Source: Oscillospiraceae bacterium
GTDB taxonomy: Bacteria; Bacteroidota; Bacteroidia; Bacteroidales; Bacteroidaceae
Reading direction: 5' to 3'
NCBI GenBank assembly: GCA_963603805.1
Contig: CAVCON010000001.1
Coordinates: 1 to 30,646, forward strand
Length of the DNA stretch: 30,646 nucleotides
The translations under genes were made by a program, and so were the position numbers. Below, one piece after another: positions 18,357 through 28,076 of the stretch. The number at the start of each line of letters is the position of its first letter. The first letter of the stretch is position 1. Below the pieces are notes generated by a model that worked only from the letters and a program-made list of their open reading frames with translations, had not been told where the DNA came from and searched no databases.

Positions 18357-20130
18357 AGTTTCTCGATATAGTTTGCTCCTTTTCCCAAGCCGGATTCTGG
18401 TGAAGCAGCGGGTTGACCTTCATTTCATCCTCGTAAACCGGAGAGTAAAGAGAATTCATGGAAGACAGTTTTGCTTTCACCGCATTCGTGTTTGTTGCAT
18501 ATTTCGTAAGCAGGAGGTTGAGCATATTGGTTGTCTTGCCATCATACTCTGCAAGGCGCACGAGGTCGAACCAACGCTTGCCCTCTCCGAAGAACTCTCT
18601 ACGACGCTCACGCATCACAAGAGAGAAAAGCTGTGAAGGAGTTGAATAGTCGTTCAGCTTCAATTTTTCGCTTTCCGAAGTTACAGTAGGATTGGAACGG
18701 TAGAGAATCATCGCAACGTTGTTGAACGCACTTTCTATCTGCTCGTCCGTGGGAGCCTCCAAGCGCGAGATAGCCTCGGCCTTCATAAGAAGAATGTCGC
18801 TCAAGCGGTACACAATCCAATTGCTTTTGAAAGAGGAGGTACTCATTCTGCCGGATGTAGCTCCCTCGGAGTTGTCGCTCAGATTTTTGAACAGGGGGGT
18901 GTTTTGGGTATATTTTGCTATTTGGAACACACGCTGACCAGCCTCGGTATAGCGCATATTCTCCCAACGGCGCATATCAGACTGGCTGTAAACACCACTC
19001 GTGTTATCTATAGCCTTTGTAACCGTCTGAAGCGGGGAAGCTGCCTGTAACAAACCTGCATTGCTTGTTTCAGCACAATACAATCCCACCTTATCCCTAT
19101 ACGAGTACAAGGGAGTGTTCCTGTTTGAACCACCATCAAACTGTAGCTCGAAAATGCTTTCGCTGCTGTTTCCGTCTATGAAAATTTTCTCATAGATTTC
19201 ATCACTAACATTCTTGGTGCTACCGTTGGAAGAACGCATCCTAATAAGGAAGTAAGGGTTCTCCTGATTTGCGGCAGTACTTTGGTTATAATCGGGGTTC
19301 TCCTCCTTGTAGCGTGTCAAGTACATATCCAACGCCGCATCGCAAAGGGTTATAACCTTCTGGTAATCCTCCTGCGACTTGTTGCCATACTTAGCCACAG
19401 AATCGGCAGAAGCGTTCTTGGCGGCACGCCACAGATACATATCTGCAAGCAGAGTGTAAATTGACTCGCGTGTGAAGCGTCCCTTGTCCTCGGCTGTTGA
19501 AGAATAGCGGCGCATACCGTTGTCCTTCACCCTGTCAACATCGTTGATAATGGAGTCAAGTACAACTTCCGCAGCCACCTGACGACCAGAGTGAGCCCTT
19601 GCCTGACGGTCAGTGCCGATAGACTTGAAATCGAGAGGCACATCACGGAATGTGCGCACCAAATAGAACATATTGAGGGCACGCAGGGCTTTCATCTCCG
19701 CCTCAACAGGCTTCCAGTCCTCTGTGGTGAAGCTGGCATCCCTTTCAATTACCTTGGGACCATACTCCAAAACCTTGTTGCAGTAGTTGATGTCCCTGTA
19801 GAAATCCGCCCAACTGAAGAGCGAGTTGGTCTGAAGCAAGTTGGCGTTCATGAGGTCTTTCATGTCGTCCCAATTTTCCGCCAAAAGGTCAAAGTTGTCA
19901 GAGCGGCATTCGCCCCATATAACGAGCTTTGACATGATGCCGCTTCCGATAAACTGCTTGTAGCATCCACGCACGGCACTCTGCAAGTCGTTTTGATCCT
20001 CCCAGAACTCCTCCTCCGTAATCTTGTTGGAGGGATGGATTGTCAGGAAGTCATCACACGAGGTAGTGCCGAGCATTACCAAGGCAAAAGCCGATGTGAG
20101 CAGACCTTTATATATATTTCTCTTTTTCAT
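18355..20130 (-). CDS. susD: RagB/SusD-family lipoprotein (first pair)
   Basis: Lipobox GTTSC-DDFL; YRDINYCN, EMKALRALNMFYLVRTFRDVP, YRLSDILLMKAEA, ERRREFFGEGKRWFDLVR, QNPAW. Confidence 0.95.
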   Translation of the reverse strand: MKKRNIYKGLLTSAFALVMLGTTSCDDFLTIHPSNKITEEEFWEDQNDLQSAVRGCYKQFIGSGIMSKLVIWGECRSDNFDLLAENWDDMKDLMNANLLQTNSLFSWADFYRDINYCNKVLEYGPKVIERDASFTTEDWKPVEAEMKALRALNMFYLVRTFRDVPLDFKSIGTDRQARAHSGRQVAAEVVLDSIINDVDRVKDNGMRRYSSTAEDKGRFTRESIYTLLADMYLWRAAKNASADSVAKYGNKSQEDYQKVITLCDAALDMYLTRYKEENPDYNQSTAANQENPYFLIRMRSSNGSTKNVSDEIYEKIFIDGNSSESIFELQFDGGSNRNTPLYSYRDKVGLYCAETSNAGLLQAASPLQTVTKAIDNTSGVYSQSDMRRWENMRYTEAGQRVFQIAKYTQNTPLFKNLSDNSEGATSGRMSTSSFKSNWIVYRLSDILLMKAEAISRLEAPTDEQIESAFNNVAMILYRSNPTVTSESEKLKLNDYSTPSQLFSLVMRERRREFFGEGKRWFDLVRLAEYDGKTTNMLNLLLTKYATNTNAVKAKLSSMNSLYSPVYEDEMKVNPLLHQNPAWEKEQTISRN

Positions 20131-20144
20131 CTTTGTTGAAATCT

Positions 20145-23100
20145 TTAAAATCCTACATTAACGCTGAATGTAAACGAACGCGAACGCGGTGTCTGCGAAC
20201 TGTCGAAGCAAGGCGAGAAGCCACTCTGCGAGTGTTCGGGGTCAACACCAGAATATCTTGACCAGAAGATGAGGTTGTTGCCAGAAAGTGCAAAGCGCAA
20301 AGCACGGAGTCCATAACGTTTGAGTTTCTTCGCATCAAAGTCATAAGCAATCTGCATATACTGGAAGCGGATGTAATCGCCCGGCTCCACATAGCGGTCG
20401 CTGCAAAGAGCATTGTAAGATGTACCAGCCTCAGCACTCATGGCGCGGGGAATTTCGGTGATATCACCGTTCTTGCGCCAACGCCAGCGGGTGGCTGTGC
20501 TTTGGTTGCGGTTTGTACGCATATCCTCAGCCTGCATACGTGCAAGGTTCACAATCTTGTTGCCATAGCGGAAGTTGAAGCTGGTCTTCAAGCTCCAACG
20601 GCCATAGTAAAGGTCAATACCGAAACCGCCGTTCAACTTAGGATTGGAGCTGCCAAGATAAACCATATCAAGTTCGTTAATCTGACCATCATGGTTGATA
20701 TCCTCATAAATTGCATCACCACCGCCGAAAGTGTAGTTTCTGCCACCGTAGTTATAGTACATCTGAAGGGGATTGCCCTTTGCATCGTATATAATATTGC
20801 CATTGGCATCACGAGCTACAGGGCAGGTTGCATTGTAACTGCCGTTCAAGCCATACTTCTCTGCGTAAGCGGCAGTGCGCTCGCCGTATATGGTATTCTT
20901 CGACTGGTCTGCGAAGTATCCGCAGTGGTCATAGTCGAAACGATACACACCTTTGTAACGGAAACCGTAAATACCTCCAAGAGCATTGCCAATCTGAACG
21001 CGGCTCATCCAAGTTTCGTTGTCATAGTTAAAATCACCGTTAAGGCTCGAAAGCACACTTGCATCCATTTGAGTGATTTCGTTCACGTTTTGGGCGATGT
21101 TGAACTTGCCCACAATCTGGAACTTGTTGTTTGGAACAAGGCTAATCTTCTTGGTTACGAAGTTGAGTTCCCAACCCTTGTTCTCCATCTTGCCGACGTT
21201 AGCCCATGCAAGAGTGCTGAAACCAACGGATGATGGGATCTTAACATTCTGCATCAAGAGATCCTGAGTGTATTTGTGGTAAATGTTCAAGTCGAACTGA
21301 AGGAGATCCTCCAAGAAATTTAGGTTGAAACCCAAGTTCCAAGCGGAAGTTTTCTCCCACTTGAGGTCGGTGAGTCGTAGGTTCTGGGGCGCAATAGCCG
21401 TCTTGCCAATATAGGAGCCTATGCTTGAATACGTGTTGTACATAAGTCCTTCCTCATTGGGCTGGTTACCGTTTATACCCCAACCCGGACGGAACGCAAG
21501 CATATTGATGTACTTTCTCAAGGGCTTCATAAAAAGCTCATCGCTGATATTCCAACGTCCCGACACACCGGGGAAGAAGCCCCAACGGTTATCTGCGCCG
21601 AAACGTGTGCTTCCGTCTGCGCGGAGCGTGAAGTCAGCCACATACTTTGACTTGTAAGAATAGTGCACACTTCCGAGAACACCAAAGCTGTGTCCCTTGC
21701 CCACGCCGGTTGAAGCTCCTGTGAGGTAAGCCAACACGCTCGGGTCGGTTATGCCGCCAGCCAAGCCATTGGAAGCTATGTTCTGGTTGTCGCTTGTATT
21801 GGTTGACATCTCCATACGAGCCATAGCCGTAAGGAAGTGATCTTCGGTCTTGAACTTCGGAGTATATACGAGAGTGTGGCGGGTTGTGAAAGTCAAGCTC
21901 TTTGATTCGCCATCGCTCGCAATATTCACACCACCATCATCATACCATTTACTACTGGTAAGAGACGCAGGATAGTAACCTTTGTTGGTGTTGGTGAAAG
22001 CTTTCATGTAAACCTCACCCGTGTAGTTGAGCTGGGTGGCATTATCGTCCTTGCCCAAGAATTTGTATTCAATCTGGAACTGCGGGTCAATGGTGTAAGT
22101 ACTTTCCTTAACCCATGAACCGTTAGCTATGGCAACAGGGTTGCCGTTGCTTACCATATCGCGGAGATAGTAGGAACTTAATCCATCGCGCACCGCACCA
22201 GCACTACCGGCTGCGGGGAACATCTTGAAATATTCGTGGGTGTTGTAGTAGTCCCTTGTCTCGGTGTCGTACTCATAACGGTAAACCGACATATTAGGCA
22301 TTGCCTTGTATGCGCGTTCCAGAATACCCGTGTAGTTCTTCTTATTGTTAGTATAAGTAAGAGAGAAGTTTGAGGAGAACTTGATGCGGTCGCTCACATA
22401 GTAGTCAAGAGCCATACGTGTTGAGAAACGGTCGAGAGCCTGTTTGATAATGGTACCGGTTTCGTGGTCGTAGCTGCCCGAAATACGGAACTGCGCCTTT
22501 TCACCACCACCAGAGAGCACAACGTTGTAGTTGTGGGTCTGACCGAACTGTGTAACCTCATCACGCCAATCGGTGTTCTTATTGAAGTTGCCGAAATACA
22601 TAGGACGGTTGCGGTCGTATGAAATCTCAACAATGTCGGAAGCGATGTTGCTCTGTGAAGGGTTGAAATAAGCCTCCTTGAGCATCATGGTGTATTCGTC
22701 GCCGTTGAGCATCTTCATGCCCTTGGGCTGCCATGCGCCGGAGAAACGGTAAGAGAAGTCAACACGGGCAGGACCACGGTGTCCACGGCGTGTCTTGATT
22801 TCAATCACACCGTTAGCACCACGCGCACCCCAAATGGCGGTTGCGGCAGCGTCCTTCAATACGTTGATGCTCTGGATATCCTCGGGGTTCACGGAAAGCA
22901 ACTGTGCAAACTGCTCGCTGTTGTCCATGTCCTGAAGGTCAATGTCGGAAGTGTTGTAGTTTTCGAGAATGTTGCCGTCAACCACAATCAGAGGCTCCTG
23001 GTTACCATTGATACTGGTAACACCACGCAGACGCATGGTAGTGCCCGAACCAAGGTTACCAGAGTTCATCACGATGTCGAGACCTGCAATCTGTCCCTGC

Positions 23101-23552
23101 AAAGCCTGGTCAGCCGTCTCAAACGAAAGACCTTTCATTTCGTCCATGTTAAGTTCCTGAGATGCACCAGAAATCTCTTTCTTTGGAATGGACAGACCGT
23201 TGGCCTTTATGCGCTGTTTGCCGGTTACGGTTACAGTCTTAAGCTGTGTCTTGCTGCGGAGTTCTATACGGAACACCTTTGTGGCGCCGATCACCTGACT
23301 GTACTTAGCGTAACCAATATATGAAATCTCAAGGCGGTTCTTACGGTTCTTCACCGGCATGGAGAAGTTACCGTTAACATCCGTCGTGGTGTTCTCAACA
23401 ATACGGTTGTTTTGGTCCACCTCGACTACATTCGCCATCATCACCGGTCCGTCGGTCTTATTCCAAACGTGTCCGGAAATTCGATCCTGCGCTGCCACTG
23501 TGGTGAAGCAGAAGCACAGAGCGAAGAGCAATAGATATTTTATTTTATTCAT
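20145..23552 (-). CDS. susC: SusC/RagA-family TonB-dependent transporter (first pair)
   Basis: TonB-box-like LKTVTVTG; ALQGQIAG, PLIVVDG, NPEDIQSINVLKDAAATAIWGARGANGVIEIKT, LKWEKT; C-terminal FSVNVGF. Confidence 0.96.
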   Translation of the reverse strand: MNKIKYLLLFALCFCFTTVAAQDRISGHVWNKTDGPVMMANVVEVDQNNRIVENTTTDVNGNFSMPVKNRKNRLEISYIGYAKYSQVIGATKVFRIELRSKTQLKTVTVTGKQRIKANGLSIPKKEISGASQELNMDEMKGLSFETADQALQGQIAGLDIVMNSGNLGSGTTMRLRGVTSINGNQEPLIVVDGNILENYNTSDIDLQDMDNSEQFAQLLSVNPEDIQSINVLKDAAATAIWGARGANGVIEIKTRRGHRGPARVDFSYRFSGAWQPKGMKMLNGDEYTMMLKEAYFNPSQSNIASDIVEISYDRNRPMYFGNFNKNTDWRDEVTQFGQTHNYNVVLSGGGEKAQFRISGSYDHETGTIIKQALDRFSTRMALDYYVSDRIKFSSNFSLTYTNNKKNYTGILERAYKAMPNMSVYRYEYDTETRDYYNTHEYFKMFPAAGSAGAVRDGLSSYYLRDMVSNGNPVAIANGSWVKESTYTIDPQFQIEYKFLGKDDNATQLNYTGEVYMKAFTNTNKGYYPASLTSSKWYDDGGVNIASDGESKSLTFTTRHTLVYTPKFKTEDHFLTAMARMEMSTNTSDNQNIASNGLAGGITDPSVLAYLTGASTGVGKGHSFGVLGSVHYSYKSKYVADFTLRADGSTRFGADNRWGFFPGVSGRWNISDELFMKPLRKYINMLAFRPGWGINGNQPNEEGLMYNTYSSIGSYIGKTAIAPQNLRLTDLKWEKTSAWNLGFNLNFLEDLLQFDLNIYHKYTQDLLMQNVKIPSSVGFSTLAWANVGKMENKGWELNFVTKKISLVPNNKFQIVGKFNIAQNVNEITQMDASVLSSLNGDFNYDNETWMSRVQIGNALGGIYGFRYKGVYRFDYDHCGYFADQSKNTIYGERTAAYAEKYGLNGSYNATCPVARDANGNIIYDAKGNPLQMYYNYGGRNYTFGGGDAIYEDINHDGQINELDMVYLGSSNPKLNGGFGIDLYYGRWSLKTSFNFRYGNKIVNLARMQAEDMRTNRNQSTATRWRWRKNGDITEIPRAMSAEAGTSYNALCSDRYVEPGDYIRFQYMQIAYDFDAKKLKRYGLRALRFALSGNNLIFWSRYSGVDPEHSQSGFSPCFDSSQTPRSRSFTFSVNVGF

Positions 23553-23563
23553 GGTTGTTTATT

Positions 23564-26500
23564 TTATTTCCGAATACGATATTTAGCGATGAACTTTCTG
23601 GCACTTGCCATGTCTGACCAATCGTTGTCGTAACGGCCATTGTTAAGCTCCTTGAAGTTAAGCACACCGTCAATCTGGTGAACCACTGCATAAGAAGACG
23701 TTTCAATAGTCGTGGCGTTCTTAGCCTTTGTATTGAAAGTGTAGTCGCGTGTCATGATGTTCTTCAAGGTTTCATCGCTTGTTACGTGGCGCACGGGACC
23801 TTCCACATCATGACCGTTTGCATCGGTGCTGTAAACCGAACGCACGTCGAGAGTGCCGTTGCCCGTAGAGGAAACCTTAACAGAACGGTAGCGGTTGGTC
23901 TCGTCGTTGATGCAGGCGGTTTCATACTTGGTAGCCTCAACAGCGTTATGGTCTGCAAATACAGAGTTGTCCTGGAAGTGATACTTGAGGAAGTTCACAA
24001 GGCAGGTGATCATGGCCTGAGCCTTGAACTTATACTTGCGTGTGAGCGCGAGTATCTGCTCTTCGCTTGCACCTGCATCGGTTGCAGCCTGAACTTCGTT
24101 CTCACCGTTCACGATAACCTCGGAAATCTGATCCCACGTGGGGAGTCCCTGTTCGATTGCCTCGAGCACAGCCTCGTTTGTGGGAACATACACTGTATAT
24201 CTGAACGAGTTGAAGAAACGCACGTTGTCGGTGAGACCGTTCTGCGATGAAGTGAACACTGTGTATTTCTCTATCTCGGTGTCCTTGTCCTCCTGCTTCT
24301 TAACGCTGTCGGCAACACCGGCGCGGGTGAGCAAGTCTGCGTCAATCTGGCAGAGGTTGAAGAACTGGTAGAACGGAGAAGTTTCGCCCTCGCCCTGAAG
24401 AACGCTGTAAACGGACTTCATTGTGGTCTGGATAGGACGGTTAATAATATATGTCATACCGTTACCGTAACCTGTGGTCTCTTCGCGGCGGTCGTATGTG
24501 CGTTCCACGGTAATCAGAGAGTCGTTGTCAATCTGGAAACCGCCCTGAACTTTGAAGCCGGCCAAAGTCTGGTCGAAGTCGCTGGAAAGAGTTCCGTCAT
24601 CGCGGTTGGAAATCTTAACGGCGCTACCGCCCTTGGTTACATAATACTGGTTGAGCGAACCGAAGCCGGTCTTGGACTCTGCATCAGAGTGCACAATGAT
24701 GTGAGAGTCGAGAAGGTCCTTCAAACGGTTGTTGATCTGCTGTGCGGAAACAGAGCCGGGAATGGAGCCGCCGATTTCGTTGGTTACGGGGTCCCACTTG
24801 TAAGCACGCGCCTTTACAGGTGCGGTGGCATCGGCACGACGTGTACTGTAGTAGAATGAGAGAACACGCGGCTGTGTCCACTGGCTCGTTACCTCATCAT
24901 AATATGTAGAGAGAGCGTCGTCGGTGGGGATGAAGAAGCTGAAGCGTGAGCTCATTGCCAACAGATAGTATGAGAAGAACGCATTCAACGGAGCGGAGTT
25001 CGGGTTGGTGATGTAGGAGTCATCGGCCGAAATTGCCCAGTTGAAAATCTTCATGTCCTTACCCACAAGCGCAGGAGCAGAAACCGCTGCGTATTTTGCG
25101 GGAGCGAACACCTGATTCATTATATATACAGCACCGTTGTTTGCAAGAAGCGTGGTGTCGATAGTGGCACGGAAGCCGTCAACGCCGCCCTCGATGTTAC
25201 CGAACATCGGGTCTTTCGCATCGTTCATAATGGTGATGTACTTGCTCGGCACGGAGTTGATGAACGAGGACTTCATGAGGTTCTGCACAAACGGCTGGAT
25301 GATACGGATAGGTATCTGGTCTGTGTTATATACAAGGTTCTCCTTGGTGTTCTCCTTCTTTGCGTATGCCTCCATGAGGAACTCACCTGCACCTCCGGGG
25401 AGGAAGTATTTCTCAAGCACCTCGTCAGAAGGCACGAACATTGCGCCCATGTCGGTGTAGAGCTGCTGTCCTTCGGGATAGTAGCGGTTCCATCCCGGGT
25501 CGTAGTCAAGGATAAGGTTCTCGCTTATCTTTGCGCCATACGGGTCGGTGTCGAGACGGCCGCCCTGCGAGCGTGCGGAATAGTAACGCTTCTCAAACAC
25601 AGAGTCGCGTATGCCCGTAAGCTGCAAGTGGGAAGATGTGAGCGTTGAGCTGTAGAACGGAGCCGAGAAACGGTCGAGCAAGTGGCTGAAGAGATTTGTC
25701 TTGCCACTTGTGCGTATCATCTCCGCCATATTTGACGGAGAAATCAGCACGCGGTCCAACTTGTCAACATAGCCGTTCAAGCAGGTCTGGTCCTGTCCCA
25801 CAACCTTGCTGCCATATATATGTGCGTCGGTCGGTTCGCGGGTGGTGCCCACCAATGTCTCGAAGTCGGCGTCGGTGATGTTGGTTTCGCCCATCTGTCC
25901 TGCGAGGAAGTGGGTCATAAGAGGAGTAGTTCCGTCGAGGGCGAGCCAAACGCCGCCTTTATCCTGCGTGCGGAAACGCTTCCAATAGTCAATCTCCACA
26001 GGCTCCGAATCATCGTTGTTCTCGTTGAAGATTTCGGGGATGTCGCCTCCGTCCCACTTGAAGTAGGGAATGGAGTCGGTTACTGCGGCCGAAGTGGGCT
26101 GGCGCAAGCACTGGTTCTTCGAGATTGTAGAACCCGAGCTGATGTTGGTCATCATCTCAAGAAGATATGCGTTGTCGAGCATGGAGGAGCCCAACAGCAA
26201 GTTCTTCATGGAGGTGGTGAGATCCTCATACTTCTTCACGCCCCATTCGTTGTTTTGATAAAACTTGGCAAAAGCGTCATCGTCAGCGACGAACAACGTC
26301 TTACTACCTGTACGTTCCAAGACTTCTTGGTAATCCAAATCCTGAATTAGACGCACGGTATTGGTGTAGTTCTTCTGTCCCACCAGATAGTCGTAGATGC
26401 TCGCTCCGAGCCAACTTGGCTTCTTGTCGGGCAAATCGTAATCATCAGAACAGGAGTACGTCAATCCGCACATCGACAGCAGACAAACAGCCATCAGCCA

Positions 26501-26572
26501 TTTTCCGCCTTCTTTGATCAAACGGTTTTTCATACACATCATATTTATACTATTATTTTTATTTGTTTTCAT
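23564..26572 (-). CDS. Large multi-fasciclin surface lipoprotein (about 4 FAS1 repeats)
   Basis: Lipobox LTYSC + SDDYD; FAS1 H1 motifs KTLFVADDDAF, AMFVPSDEVL, SFFIPTDDAL, TVYVPTNEAV; H2 motifs NGYVDKLDRVL, NGAVYIMNQV, NGMTYIINRP, VVHQIDGVL. The true start may be a slightly downstream Met. Confidence 0.85.
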   Translation of the reverse strand: MKTNKNNSINMMCMKNRLIKEGGKWLMAVCLLSMCGLTYSCSDDYDLPDKKPSWLGASIYDYLVGQKNYTNTVRLIQDLDYQEVLERTGSKTLFVADDDAFAKFYQNNEWGVKKYEDLTTSMKNLLLGSSMLDNAYLLEMMTNISSGSTISKNQCLRQPTSAAVTDSIPYFKWDGGDIPEIFNENNDDSEPVEIDYWKRFRTQDKGGVWLALDGTTPLMTHFLAGQMGETNITDADFETLVGTTREPTDAHIYGSKVVGQDQTCLNGYVDKLDRVLISPSNMAEMIRTSGKTNLFSHLLDRFSAPFYSSTLTSSHLQLTGIRDSVFEKRYYSARSQGGRLDTDPYGAKISENLILDYDPGWNRYYPEGQQLYTDMGAMFVPSDEVLEKYFLPGGAGEFLMEAYAKKENTKENLVYNTDQIPIRIIQPFVQNLMKSSFINSVPSKYITIMNDAKDPMFGNIEGGVDGFRATIDTTLLANNGAVYIMNQVFAPAKYAAVSAPALVGKDMKIFNWAISADDSYITNPNSAPLNAFFSYYLLAMSSRFSFFIPTDDALSTYYDEVTSQWTQPRVLSFYYSTRRADATAPVKARAYKWDPVTNEIGGSIPGSVSAQQINNRLKDLLDSHIIVHSDAESKTGFGSLNQYYVTKGGSAVKISNRDDGTLSSDFDQTLAGFKVQGGFQIDNDSLITVERTYDRREETTGYGNGMTYIINRPIQTTMKSVYSVLQGEGETSPFYQFFNLCQIDADLLTRAGVADSVKKQEDKDTEIEKYTVFTSSQNGLTDNVRFFNSFRYTVYVPTNEAVLEAIEQGLPTWDQISEVIVNGENEVQAATDAGASEEQILALTRKYKFKAQAMITCLVNFLKYHFQDNSVFADHNAVEATKYETACINDETNRYRSVKVSSTGNGTLDVRSVYSTDANGHDVEGPVRHVTSDETLKNIMTRDYTFNTKAKNATTIETSSYAVVHQIDGVLNFKELNNGRYDNDWSDMASARKFIAKYRIRK

Positions 26573-26781
26573 ACCTCATTTCCACGGTTTTTGTTCACGA
26601 GTAAAGGGACGCAGCTGTAGCAGCTGAGCCTCCGACGTAACTGAAAGACACTTTTCATGTTTCATAAATGACTATTAAGGGCTTTATACAAAGCCGGTTA
26701 TTATGGTATTATTTATTCTAATCTCCTTATATTTATATTCTTAGCTAAGCACGTTAATCATGCAGATGCAAGTTGCACCTC

Positions 26782-26812
26782 CAAAAGTACTGTTTTTTTT
26801 ATTTTTAGCAAA
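26782..26812 (-). promoter_or_regulatory. Consensus Bacteroidetes promoter of the six-gene PUL operon (TTTG-N19-TACTTTTG)
   Basis: -33 at 26809-26812 and -7 at 26782-26789 with a 19-bp spacer; implies a ~200-nt leader. Confidence 0.75.
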
Positions 26813-27368
26813 CACTTATAGCAGATTTTTCTGCTTTTTCACTATCCCACCCCTCTGTTTTTACAGAAACCGCAGGATTTTCACCTCGAAAATTACTAAG
26901 TTTTTCACACGTGGCGACATATTTGGAGTATTTTTTATGATTTTAATTTGCACACCGCGATTTTTTCGCTTTTCGGGGCTTTGAATTTAACATTCCAAGG
27001 GTGGAAAAATGAGAAAACGCGCCTTTGCCGGCATCAAAACCTGCCACGAAAAATGCCGATCAAAATTCCACTTTCGGGCATCACTTCCGCACCCCATCCG
27101 CCAGCACACCCGCACGCCCGCAAACCCTCCACACAAAGGGCAGCCCACACCCCGACACCTCAAGCCGGCACCGCCGGCATTTCCTCCACCACCCTTGCGC
27201 CCTCACGGCTTCAAAAATTTCACTCAAATGCCACTTCGGAACGGGCGCATCGTTTTGATTTAGCTTTTTACAAAATATACAAGATTTTACATTGCAAGTT
27301 AACAAAAACGTAACAAACAGAGTAATCCCCTTTTTACACAAATTGTCGGATTATTAATTATAAAGACG

Positions 27369-27396
27369 GCAAAATTAAACATAGATTTAATTTTGC
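27369..27396. promoter_or_regulatory. Perfect 11-6-11 palindrome GCAAAATTAAA-CATAGA-TTTAATTTTGC
   Basis: Exact inverted repeat; each arm contains an outward-facing TAATTTTG (-7 consensus). Confidence 0.45.
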
Positions 27397-27592
27397 ATTT
27401 CAAATTAACATATTATCCCCACATGAGCGCACGCTATAACCGAACATAATTTCACAGTATTTGAAGCATAATCAGTCCATGACCGTATGTTTGCGCTGTT
27501 TGCATGGCGCGGTTTAAGCGGTGGCATACAGGACGTATGTTACAGCTTTTACAAACGCACAACACACAATTAACCAAAGAATTGCGCCAATT

Positions 27593-27935
27593 GTAGGGGC
27601 GTATGGCATACGCCCTGAAGTGCGCGGGTTTGCGGTGTTGTGGCGGCGTTTGCACCGTGCGATTTGGACGGTGGCATACAGGGCGTATGCAATACGCCCC
27701 TACATATATACCGTTGCAATCAATAAACAACATACATCGTTCATTTTATTTTCGCAAAACCAACACCGCAAAAAATACATTTGATGTAGAAAAAACTATG
27801 TCCGATGTAGGAAAAATTATATCTGATATAATTCAAACTACATCGGACCTTTTTTCGGCAGTTGCATACATCTGAAAAGCAAAAACTTACAAAGCCTCTA
27901 TGAAAACTATCAACTTCCTGAAAACCAAGAGATTG
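27593..27935 (-). repeat. Composite intergenic repeat, copy 4 (inverted), with a decayed REP at 27531-27552
   Basis: REPs 27593-27615 and 27681-27703; 21-bp units 27766-27849; boxes 27865-27889 and 27911-27935. Confidence 0.9.
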
Positions 27936-27974
27936 CCAAGTTTGCGCTTTTATGCCCGCAAATTCTGAAACACA

Positions 27975-28014
27975 CAAACCGCAGCCTTGGCGGTTTTGCC
28001 TTAGCTGCGGTTTG
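27975..28014 (-). terminator. Stem-loop / probable terminator after the 684-aa fasciclin gene
   Basis: CAAACCGCAGC...GCTGCGGTTTG 11-bp perfect stem plus an inner GGC/GCC, followed on the minus strand by TGTGTTT. Confidence 0.65.
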
Positions 28015-28076
28015 CTTTGCCTTATGAGGTTTGGCGTTTGCGGCAAACTTCTTTATGCCCTTTCACGCCACTTGCA

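Noticed and set aside
26760..27341. ORFs of 74-121 aa in the PUL upstream gap
   Set aside because: Low-complexity, compositionally biased translations with no recognisable motifs or signals.
27369..27396. dif (XerCD) site
   Set aside because: The 11-6-11 geometry fits, but the arms do not resemble the XerC (..GCATAA) or XerD (TTATGTTAAAT) consensus.
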